A DNA stretch of 62,626 bases from a virus: the IMG/VR virus record IMGVR_UViG_3300045988_164134, one strand, 5' to 3'. The notes under the pieces were generated by a model that did no database searches, was not told where the DNA came from, and saw only the letters and a program-made list of their open reading frames with translations. Below are positions 1 through 7,459 of the stretch, piece by piece (within the stretch, counting starts at the first letter, position 1; each line of letters starts with the position of its first letter). Both the position numbers and the translations under genes were made by a program.

Positions 1-119
1 AAACATGCAAATCTCAGACAAGTCAATAAAAGAATATTCTCGCATTGATAAAGAAAATATTGATATACATGAATTTGCAAAAAAGTGGCTAGGTGTTAAT
101 AAACAAGAGTTGATCCATG
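1..119 (+). repeat. Terminal overlap copy 1 (identical to 62508..62626)
   Basis: Base-by-base comparison of both ends shows 119/119 identical. Confidence 0.95.
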
Positions 120-1072
120 TAGTTGAAACATATTGGGATAACATACTTTTCTTTTTACATGTTATTGAAAATATAAAAGCTAGAGACTCAATAGTAAATG
201 CAATACACATAAATAAAACAGAAAATCCTGTATTGTTTAGCGATTCATCTAAAAAAAATATACAGGAATTAAAGAAAGAAAATATTTATTTTGTTGAAAG
301 ATATATAAAAAGATGGGATACATCAAAGGCGTTTAGAGAATTTATAAGTATAGATGATAAAGTAAAAAACAATACAAATAAAAAAAGCTTTGAACAAATT
401 GGTATTGTTAGCAAAGAAATGAATCACGCCATACCAACGTTTAACGACCATATTCTAGCCAAAGATACATTTTATCGCAGGGCATCTTTTATTCTTCATT
501 TGAATGATATGTTACACATTCAAGAATTAGTGAAAAAAGATACTAGGAAAAGTATTAAAGAATCCAATATCAGTATATATGACCGATATGTACGTGCAAG
601 CAATGCATACATAGAAGCATTGAGAATGGTTGATGAAGCACAAGACGAAAAATGGTTTAAATCTATGCTCGAATCAATGCCGTACTACGAAGAATTTACA
701 GACTTTTACGTTGGTGATTATGAGTATAAAAAAGCTTGTATACGATTGGTTTTGCAAACAGAAACAACGGATTCTAAGCCGACATTATATGATGTGGCAG
801 CAAATGTGGATATAGACGACACAGATGATAGAGGAACTGCAAATATAACTGATACTACAATGCCAACTAAAATATACTTTAACAAACACTATTATAATGC
901 TCCTGAAGTACAAGTCACTGTAAACAGCGGCGTTGGTAATGAAACAGTAACGCCGTATATAGTTAATACAGATGGTATAGACGGTAGTAAACGGTACTTT
1001 GAAGTGGAATTGCGTAACGATTCTAACGAACGAGTTAAAGGGGCAATTTCGTGGATTTCTAAAGGGTGGTGA
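2..1072 (+). CDS. 3' part of a wrap-around tail/baseplate-like structural gene (full CDS = 62215..62507 + 1..1072, 454 aa)
   Basis: The frame is open from ATG 62215 through the junction. The ATG at nt 5 is internal (codon 100). The C-terminus resembles beta-sandwich lectin-like tail tip domains (weak). The stop TGA at 1070-1072 lies just before the fibre-gene SD. Confidence 0.6.
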   Translation, partial: NMQISDKSIKEYSRIDKENIDIHEFAKKWLGVNKQELIHVVETYWDNILFFLHVIENIKARDSIVNAIHINKTENPVLFSDSSKKNIQELKKENIYFVERYIKRWDTSKAFREFISIDDKVKNNTNKKSFEQIGIVSKEMNHAIPTFNDHILAKDTFYRRASFILHLNDMLHIQELVKKDTRKSIKESNISIYDRYVRASNAYIEALRMVDEAQDEKWFKSMLESMPYYEEFTDFYVGDYEYKKACIRLVLQTETTDSKPTLYDVAANVDIDDTDDRGTANITDTTMPTKIYFNKHYYNAPEVQVTVNSGVGNETVTPYIVNTDGIDGSKRYFEVELRNDSNERVKGAISWISKGW

Positions 1073-1076
1073 TATA

Positions 1077-1934
1077 ATGCAAGAATTTTCAGCATTAAAT
1101 ATGACAGAAAATGCCGTTACTGCCATACAAAAAATGCAGAAAAGTATAGAAAGCACAGCGTCTAACTTTAGTGGCGTAGCGTTTCCAACTGAAAACTTGC
1201 AAATAGGCATGCTATGTATGCGTACTGATTTAAACAATAATATATACAAATTAACCTCTCTTGACCCTGCCACATGGGAGCAAGTTGGGGTTGCATCTGA
1301 AACAGCAAGTAAACTGGAAAGTAAAAGAACAATCAAGCTTACTGGAAAAGCGGTGGGAAGCACAACAACAGATTTATCGGGAGATGTATCAATCGAAGTA
1401 AAAGCAGTAACTGCTGATACGGCAAAAACTGCCGATAGTGCAACCAATGCCACTAATGCGACTAATGCGACTAATGCTGATAACGCAAAAAAAGCAGTGA
1501 GTGCAAAAAACGCTACAAACACTACAAAACTAGACCACGATGTCAATATTAACTTAACTGGTGCGGTAACAGGGAGTGCAACAACTAATTTAGCGGATGG
1601 CACACTTAACCTGCAAATGGCGGGAGATGCTAATCAATTTAAAAACATTACGGTCAGTGGTTCACAACAAGGACTTAGATATATAGATGTAGAAACAGAA
1701 CGTGCAGGAGCTGACATTGATTCAAGCTGGACTGAGGGGAGCGGTAATATATCAACACAATACAGACGGTACGAGTGTGTAGCGAATGAATTCCCGGCAG
1801 GAACATATAGCTTGCAAGATATATTACAACGGCTTGTTAATGCGTGTCATAGACACTACGTAAGAGGGATAACGGTAAAAAGTAACTGTATTTGTAAGTG
1901 TAACTGTGCATGTGCCAATAACGATGAAGAATAG
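1077..1934 (+). CDS. Tail fibre protein 1 with (NAT)n repeat and Cys-ladder C-terminus
   Basis: SD AGGGTGGTGA precedes ATG 1077. Fibre-type repeats are present (KRTIKLTGKAVGSTTTDLSGDVSIEV and NINLTGAVTGSATTNL), followed by TADTAKTADSATNATNATNATNADNAKKAVSAKNATN. The protein ends in SNCICKCNCACANNDEE. Confidence 0.75.
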   Translation: MQEFSALNMTENAVTAIQKMQKSIESTASNFSGVAFPTENLQIGMLCMRTDLNNNIYKLTSLDPATWEQVGVASETASKLESKRTIKLTGKAVGSTTTDLSGDVSIEVKAVTADTAKTADSATNATNATNATNADNAKKAVSAKNATNTTKLDHDVNINLTGAVTGSATTNLADGTLNLQMAGDANQFKNITVSGSQQGLRYIDVETERAGADIDSSWTEGSGNISTQYRRYECVANEFPAGTYSLQDILQRLVNACHRHYVRGITVKSNCICKCNCACANNDEE

Positions 1935-2814
1935 TATAAAACTAGGAAGAATATGCATACCACTTGGCATAAGGTGTAATTTATTATGTAGATATTGCTA
2001 TCGAGATATATGCCGAAAAGATATACCTAATAAAGTAAGTAATAAATTTTTATCCTATTTAAAATCACTAGATACTGATAGTTATGCTGTTATATTTAGT
2101 GGTGGAGAGCCATTACTTTACATGGATACAATAAAAAAAATCACCAGTATTCTTCCTAAACATATACACAAAAAAGTAATGACAAACGGCTTGCTTCTTA
2201 CTAAAGAATTGGTGGATTATTTCAATGATAATAATTTCGAGGTACATATATCGCATGATGGGGAACACACAAAAGAATTACGTGGACAAGATGTGTTAGA
2301 AAAGAAATTGCATCTTATAAGAGAAATACGATATTTGCGAATTGTATCGGTTATCAGTAATCACAACACGGATGTCATGAAGGTATATAAATATATACAA
2401 AACAAGCTGAATAGACCGTTTTATTTCGAAGCAAGCCCAATTATCCCAACTGGTTATAATGATGATTTAATTAATGGATTTGATTACGATACATTTGAAA
2501 GAACATTAGCGGAAGTTTTGAGTATACGAAACGAATCACCTTTTGAATGGTATCACAACAAGTCTAGTGGCATGGGATTAAACGTATTATTGGATGGTAG
2601 TATTGTTGGAATGAGTACACTTAATAAATATGGTACGGTATGGGATACAGAGAAAACTATTCGCAGTAACTTCTTAGATAAAGAACACAACCATATTAAA
2701 TATTGTCAGCAGTCTGCGTGTTCCTTAAAAACATGCTATATGAATAAAAGCCTTGCTTGTCAGCACATGTGCAAGATAAATCGTATACGGTACGATATAA
2801 AGAATGAGGTGTAA
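1924..2814 (+). CDS. Radical SAM protein with degenerate/twitch-like C-terminal Cys cluster
   Basis: Motifs CNLLCRYC, SGGEPLL and C-terminal CQQSACSLKTCYMNKSLACQHMC. ATG 1924 overlaps the fibre stop (1932-1934). GTG 1906 is an alternative start. Confidence 0.85.
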   Translation: MKNSIKLGRICIPLGIRCNLLCRYCYRDICRKDIPNKVSNKFLSYLKSLDTDSYAVIFSGGEPLLYMDTIKKITSILPKHIHKKVMTNGLLLTKELVDYFNDNNFEVHISHDGEHTKELRGQDVLEKKLHLIREIRYLRIVSVISNHNTDVMKVYKYIQNKLNRPFYFEASPIIPTGYNDDLINGFDYDTFERTLAEVLSIRNESPFEWYHNKSSGMGLNVLLDGSIVGMSTLNKYGTVWDTEKTIRSNFLDKEHNHIKYCQQSACSLKTCYMNKSLACQHMCKINRIRYDIKNEV

Positions 2815-2816
2815 AT

Positions 2817-3878
2817 ATGATAAACAGAGTTAACTTGATGATGGGTAACAAATGCAATTTCCATTGCCGTCATTGCATACAAAATGATTCAGTAAAAGAC
2901 CAATCCTTAACACTGCCTAATAATGAGGTAATAAAGTACATAAAGCGATTAGCAAACATTCGCCCTAAAAATAAAGGGAAGTTAGATGTGCACTTTTGGG
3001 GGGGGGAGCCGTTAATGTACATGGAAGTGATACAATGCGTCGTGGAAAAAGTAAATAATGCCGAATACACGATCGTCACTAACGGATTGTTACTGGATGC
3101 CCCCATAGTTAACTATTGTAATGAACATGACATAACCGTAGTGCTTAGTAATGACGGCATACATACATCTAAAGTTAGAGGAAAAAACATGCTTGAAAAC
3201 AAACGGTTTATACAGCTGTTTAAACGCCTAAAAAACAAAGCGGTTGATTCCTGTATTACGTCATATAATCAAGATTATTATGCATTGTGGAATTATATAG
3301 AAGCAAAGCTTGGCAAAGATATACCAATATTTCATGAGATGCTTGAATGCACGTGGGATATGCCGAAAGATCTGTATGAGTTTAATTTAGAAAATTATAA
3401 AAAGACAATGGATATGATTGTTGATAATGCATATAAAAAGCTTATACATGGAGAAATAGGCAGAGAGTACATGCTAATTTCAGATACGGCAAACCGCATG
3501 TGTAAAATTGTTGATAACAAACAAGTAGAAGAATATAAATGTTCTCAGATGCGGAATATGGTAAGTATTGATTTAAAAGGCAATGTGTATGCGTGCCATA
3601 ATGCATGTAATGTATTGGGAACTGTAAAAGATGATTGGGAAGTATTAAAAGAACGATATAGCAAATACCTTCAAGATAAAACTCTAGATGATTGCAAGTA
3701 TTGTGAATGGCGTTCGGTGTGTGGTAATGGATGCCCCAATTCATACAATATTTTCCCTGGAAAAGCCATGTCTTGCGAGGTAAAAAAAATATTTATGTCA
3801 GCTTGCATGAGCTTTTTAAAGAAACTACAGGATTCGTTAGAAGACGTGGATATGGAGGATAGTTATGATTGTAATTAG
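2817..3878 (+). CDS. Radical SAM / SPASM-domain protein
   Basis: Motifs CNFHCRHC, WGGEPLMY and the SPASM signature CKYCEWRSVCGNGC (CX2CX5CX3C) with upstream CSQ...GNVYACH. SD GAGGTG lies 3 nt after the previous stop. Confidence 0.9.
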   Translation: MINRVNLMMGNKCNFHCRHCIQNDSVKDQSLTLPNNEVIKYIKRLANIRPKNKGKLDVHFWGGEPLMYMEVIQCVVEKVNNAEYTIVTNGLLLDAPIVNYCNEHDITVVLSNDGIHTSKVRGKNMLENKRFIQLFKRLKNKAVDSCITSYNQDYYALWNYIEAKLGKDIPIFHEMLECTWDMPKDLYEFNLENYKKTMDMIVDNAYKKLIHGEIGREYMLISDTANRMCKIVDNKQVEEYKCSQMRNMVSIDLKGNVYACHNACNVLGTVKDDWEVLKERYSKYLQDKTLDDCKYCEWRSVCGNGCPNSYNIFPGKAMSCEVKKIFMSACMSFLKKLQDSLEDVDMEDSYDCN

Positions 3879-4557
3879 GCGACCATTACAAGAAGGAGAA
3901 AAAAACAAGGTAGAATACAACGTTGATTTAAACAACGATGGCATTATATTTTCTTTTAGCACCACATATATGGGGCAAGATGTAAAAGACAGTGTATCAA
4001 TCCCCTTCAACACGTATAAAGATGTAATCCTGCACTTGTCCTTGCAATGGACACATAAAATAGAAACAAGGTTATATCCATTATACGAATTACAATCACG
4101 CTACAATGTAATTAGTGAAACCAATAACGACGCTTTAGTTCTTGCACGCATATCCATTAATGAAACTTGTGATGACATAGTAATTTTTTTAAACAGCCCG
4201 ACGAACTATACTTGTAAAGTAGCTAAAACGATAGACTGCGAACCCAATACATCCAAGTCAAAAATGATGATGATGTATTCGCCGTATTATACAAAAAGAG
4301 CGGAACATATTCGCAAAAAATGGGATATGATGGCAAATCTTGATATATACGACACAGTTACATATCTTGAATCACAAGTGGACGCATTAACCAAAATTGC
4401 GCTAGGCAATAATAGTGATGACGTTAAAGCGGTATTAACGGCGGCTAATGAACATAGCGTGTTTAATATCAAAAGCAAAGAAAAAATGATTGACGAAATG
4501 CATAAAGATAAAGCGAAAATACGTTCGTTGCAAAAGGAGTATTATGACAAAGCGTAA
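3865..4557 (+). CDS. Hypothetical protein inside the rSAM cluster
   Basis: SD GGAGGA precedes ATG 3865. The gene overlaps the rSAM2 stop by 14 nt and the rSAM3 start by 14 nt. No motif recognised. Confidence 0.6.
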   Translation: MIVIRRPLQEGEKNKVEYNVDLNNDGIIFSFSTTYMGQDVKDSVSIPFNTYKDVILHLSLQWTHKIETRLYPLYELQSRYNVISETNNDALVLARISINETCDDIVIFLNSPTNYTCKVAKTIDCEPNTSKSKMMMMYSPYYTKRAEHIRKKWDMMANLDIYDTVTYLESQVDALTKIALGNNSDDVKAVLTAANEHSVFNIKSKEKMIDEMHKDKAKIRSLQKEYYDKA

Positions 4558-5530
4558 AAAAATTGTACTAAAACTAGGCGGCATGTGTAACTTGCATTGC
4601 AAAAATTGTCATTGTATGCCTCTTAAATTTAAGTATAATCCGGACATTATAGACTGGATAAACAATAATAAAATAGAAGTAATTCACCTTGGCGGTGGTG
4701 AACCGTTTTTGTATTTTGATTTAATTCAAAAAATAGTGCCTAAATTACATGTAAAACAAATAAACGTAACAACAAACGGAACGCTGCTAACTGATGAAAT
4801 GATTAAATTTTGCAACAAGTACAATATACGTGTTGCTTTTTCTTATGACGGACAGAACAGCAAACGTGATCCTGTTTTACCTGATTACGAAAGAATAAAG
4901 AAGTTAAAAAATATTGGTACATCATCTGTTTTTTACCACGGCAATACCAATATACGGCAGATGGAAAACGACTTACATCGGCTTGGTGAAATTTACGATA
5001 TAGATTCATGTAAAAGAACCATCACTTTTTTACCTGCTTTTGTTCATCAAACTAAAAATGCACCCAATAGCGATACCACAAAAGAAGATGCTAAAAGTTA
5101 CATTTTGCAGGTGGGACGTTTATTAGAATTTGGTTTAATGCAGTATGATAAAGAGCAAAAATACTCACTAGGGGCGGCGTTTAATTTTATCCGCCACTAT
5201 TTAAATCACAAGCCATATACGATTGGGTGCAGATGCTGCAATCCCAATAATGTATCATTGGCGATTGATGGGCGCTTTATACTTTGCCCATATGGAAATG
5301 ATTTTGTGGGCGATATATATATAGGTGTAAACTGGGCGGCAGTAGAAGACCACATACCAGATAAGTGTAAAAAATGTGCATTACGTCAATATTGTGGTAC
5401 ATCCTGCGCAGCTCAAATTACGGATAATGAATGTTACATTTTCAGATGTTTGTACAGGCATTATAAAAAACTATTGAAAAAGTACAACATAGACGAAAAT
5501 GACATCCTTAGTTTAGATTTTGATTCATAA
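4544..5530 (+). CDS. Radical SAM / SPASM-domain protein
   Basis: SD AAAGGAG precedes ATG 4544. Motifs CNLHCKNC, GGGEPFLY and the SPASM signature CKKCALRQYCGTSC, preceded by CRCCNPNNVSLAIDGRFILCP. Confidence 0.9.
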   Translation: MTKRKKIVLKLGGMCNLHCKNCHCMPLKFKYNPDIIDWINNNKIEVIHLGGGEPFLYFDLIQKIVPKLHVKQINVTTNGTLLTDEMIKFCNKYNIRVAFSYDGQNSKRDPVLPDYERIKKLKNIGTSSVFYHGNTNIRQMENDLHRLGEIYDIDSCKRTITFLPAFVHQTKNAPNSDTTKEDAKSYILQVGRLLEFGLMQYDKEQKYSLGAAFNFIRHYLNHKPYTIGCRCCNPNNVSLAIDGRFILCPYGNDFVGDIYIGVNWAAVEDHIPDKCKKCALRQYCGTSCAAQITDNECYIFRCLYRHYKKLLKKYNIDENDILSLDFDS

Positions 5531-5544
5531 AGGAGAAGATTATT

Positions 5545-5715
5545 ATGGAAAAAAAACATGTAAACGTATTCAGTGAAAATGGCGAAGTAACAGCAGTACC
5601 TGCATTTGACAGTGCAGAAGAAGAATTGAAACACTATGAAGAAGAACAGAAACGTAAGGAACAGGAAAACAAACATAAAGCACCCGTATTTAGTGAAAAC
5701 GGCGAATTAGAATAG
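5545..5715 (+). CDS. Small acidic 56-aa ORF with duplicated VFSENGE motif (not in ORF track)
   Basis: SD AAGGAGA lies 9 nt upstream of ATG 5545. Translation: MEKKHVNVFSENGEVTAVPAFDSAEEELKHYEEEQKRKEQENKHKAPVFSENGELE. The two 24-nt repeat copies differ mostly by synonymous changes. Confidence 0.5.
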   Translation: MEKKHVNVFSENGEVTAVPAFDSAEEELKHYEEEQKRKEQENKHKAPVFSENGELE

Positions 5716-5723
5716 GTGATTCT

Positions 5724-6101
5724 ATGCAAAACTATCATGATTTGCAAAATACAGAAGCGGCAAATGTATACTTGGATAAAGTCAAAGATAACATACGGAC
5801 AGTTGCAAGTAATTTTAGCGGCACATCATTTCCTACGGATAATCTACAATCAGGAATGTTGTGTTATCGTACAGATGAAAAGAAACTGTACCAATTAACA
5901 AATACATACCCAATTACATGGGAGAGTGTGCAAAGCTCACTCACATTCGATACCACTCCCACAGCCGGTAGCACAAACCCTATTACTAGCGGTGGCGTAA
6001 AGAATGAACTTGATAAGTATGCTAAAAAGACGGATGTTCCGGCTGTTACGGTATCAGGTAATACCATTTCTTTTGGCAGTGTCACCATTGGAGTTGATTA
6101 A
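5724..6101 (+). CDS. Tail fibre protein 2 (short)
   Basis: The N-terminus ASNFSGTSFPTDNLQSGMLCYRTDEKKLYQLT..ITWESV is paralogous to fibre 1. The segment TPTAGSTNPITSGGV is fibre-like. Confidence 0.7.
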   Translation: MQNYHDLQNTEAANVYLDKVKDNIRTVASNFSGTSFPTDNLQSGMLCYRTDEKKLYQLTNTYPITWESVQSSLTFDTTPTAGSTNPITSGGVKNELDKYAKKTDVPAVTVSGNTISFGSVTIGVD

Positions 6102-6707
6102 ATGGCAAAATATATTAGTGTAACGAGAGCAAACGGAGATTTGGAACTTATTCTTCTTGTAGATACGAAAGAATATGGATATAGCTATTTCCCAGTTTTA
6201 TGTTCAGATGGAGTTACTCGGTATGCAGTACTTGGGGAAAGTTCTGATGATAATGTATCACATTTATGGATAACTCAAAACGGCGTAAAAAAATATTTTA
6301 TAAGACAACCAAGTATCACCCCAGCTGTGTACTTAACGATGGGTAAGTATACAGATATGTACGGATTTTCCAATATCGGTTCTTTAAAATTCGGGGCAAT
6401 CAGCGGCACGTTTACGTACAACAGTAAAACAGTTACCGTCCTAACTTTTGAGTTTTATAACCCGTATGTCGATTTTGTTATGCAAATCGACGGCGAAACA
6501 AGTGGAACTTATAATGCAAATGTCACTCTAATAGACCCTGACGCGAATAAAAAGGGAAGTATATATTTTAGTAACATGTACTATCTGGGGTACAGTAAGG
6601 CATTTGTTGGAGATAATACACTATACAGCGGCGATTTACATGATTTTTTTTCAGCTAGTAACGTCGGGAAGAAGTATGTAATAAAAGTAGACATTGCAAA
6701 ACAATAA
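6102..6707 (+). CDS. Hypothetical protein, possibly the distal fibre/receptor-binding partner
   Basis: Its ATG directly abuts the fibre 2 stop. Beta-rich composition, no motif recognised. Confidence 0.5.
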   Translation: MAKYISVTRANGDLELILLVDTKEYGYSYFPVLCSDGVTRYAVLGESSDDNVSHLWITQNGVKKYFIRQPSITPAVYLTMGKYTDMYGFSNIGSLKFGAISGTFTYNSKTVTVLTFEFYNPYVDFVMQIDGETSGTYNANVTLIDPDANKKGSIYFSNMYYLGYSKAFVGDNTLYSGDLHDFFSASNVGKKYVIKVDIAKQ

Positions 6708-6737
6708 TTAAATAAAAAAATATAGGAGCGTGATAAT

Positions 6738-6986
6738 ATGCAAGAAAAAGCACGGAAAATTGTAATGGATTATTTTAATAAACATGTTGATGTAACTGAC
6801 CATAAACAACTTACAATGGATGATGTATTTGTTGTATGGTGGTGTAAAACTTTACAGAACTGGAAAGCGTTAGTATCTACCACTGTTTCTGACGGTATGT
6901 ACTACGAAGTTACGCACAACGGTGATAAGAACGAAACTTACGTTGACGTATATAAGAAGTGGGAAAATTACACAGTAAAAGATTAG
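6738..6986 (+). CDS. Small conserved phage protein, unknown function
   Basis: SD AGGAG. The sequence FVVWWCKTLQNWKALVST..DGMYYEVTHNGDKNETYVDVYKKWEN resembles a small family common in Firmicutes phages (from memory). Confidence 0.6.
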   Translation: MQEKARKIVMDYFNKHVDVTDHKQLTMDDVFVVWWCKTLQNWKALVSTTVSDGMYYEVTHNGDKNETYVDVYKKWENYTVKD

Positions 6987-6998
6987 GAGTGGATAACT

Positions 6999-7448
6999 AT
7001 GAAATACCGTAAGAAACCACCTGTAGTTGATGCGTATCAGACTAAAAGAGAGCGTTGTTGCCACTCGCATAGAGGCGATATATTTGCACAACCTGGGGAT
7101 TATGTAATTACTACGATTGATGGAGAAGAATTTCGTTGCAGGCCTGATATTTTTGAAAAAATGTACGAACCGGTTGAAGACGATGGAATGACTATTGGAC
7201 AAGCTATCGAAGCAATAAAGAAAGGCAAACGTTGTGCAAGAAAATGCTGGAACGGTAAGAGTCAATATATTGAACTGGTTAAAAATGTAAGTTACGTTAA
7301 TTCTAACGGCGAAACAGTTAGGATTAATGTAAATAATGAAACAATGGGAAATAAAGCTATAGCTTTTGTTGGTATATCGGGTGTGCAGCTTGGATGGCTT
7401 GCGTCACAGGCTGATTTACTTTCTGAGGATTGGTATATTGTTGAATAA
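6999..7448 (+). CDS. PGDYG-like N-domain fused to a DUF2829 (Tad2-like) domain
   Basis: The N-terminal part contains KKPPVVDAYQ...AQPGDYVITT. The C-terminal part has the DUF2829 pattern: IGQAIEAIKKGKRCARKCWNGKSQYIEL...LGWLASQADLLSEDWYIVE. Confidence 0.75.
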   Translation: MKYRKKPPVVDAYQTKRERCCHSHRGDIFAQPGDYVITTIDGEEFRCRPDIFEKMYEPVEDDGMTIGQAIEAIKKGKRCARKCWNGKSQYIELVKNVSYVNSNGETVRINVNNETMGNKAIAFVGISGVQLGWLASQADLLSEDWYIVE

Positions 7449-7459
7449 TATGAAAAAGT

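Noticed and set aside
785-1603. 272-aa minus-strand ORF with ALVALVALVAL repeats.
   Set aside because: It is the reverse complement of the (NAT)n / TAD-repeat region of the fibre gene. It is antisense to two well-supported + strand genes and has a low-complexity, hydrophobic artefact composition.
1077-6707. A diversity-generating retroelement or invertible-segment mechanism for fibre variation.
   Set aside because: No reverse transcriptase (no YxDD-type ORF), no template/variable repeat pair and no invertase with inverted repeats could be found in or near the fibre module.
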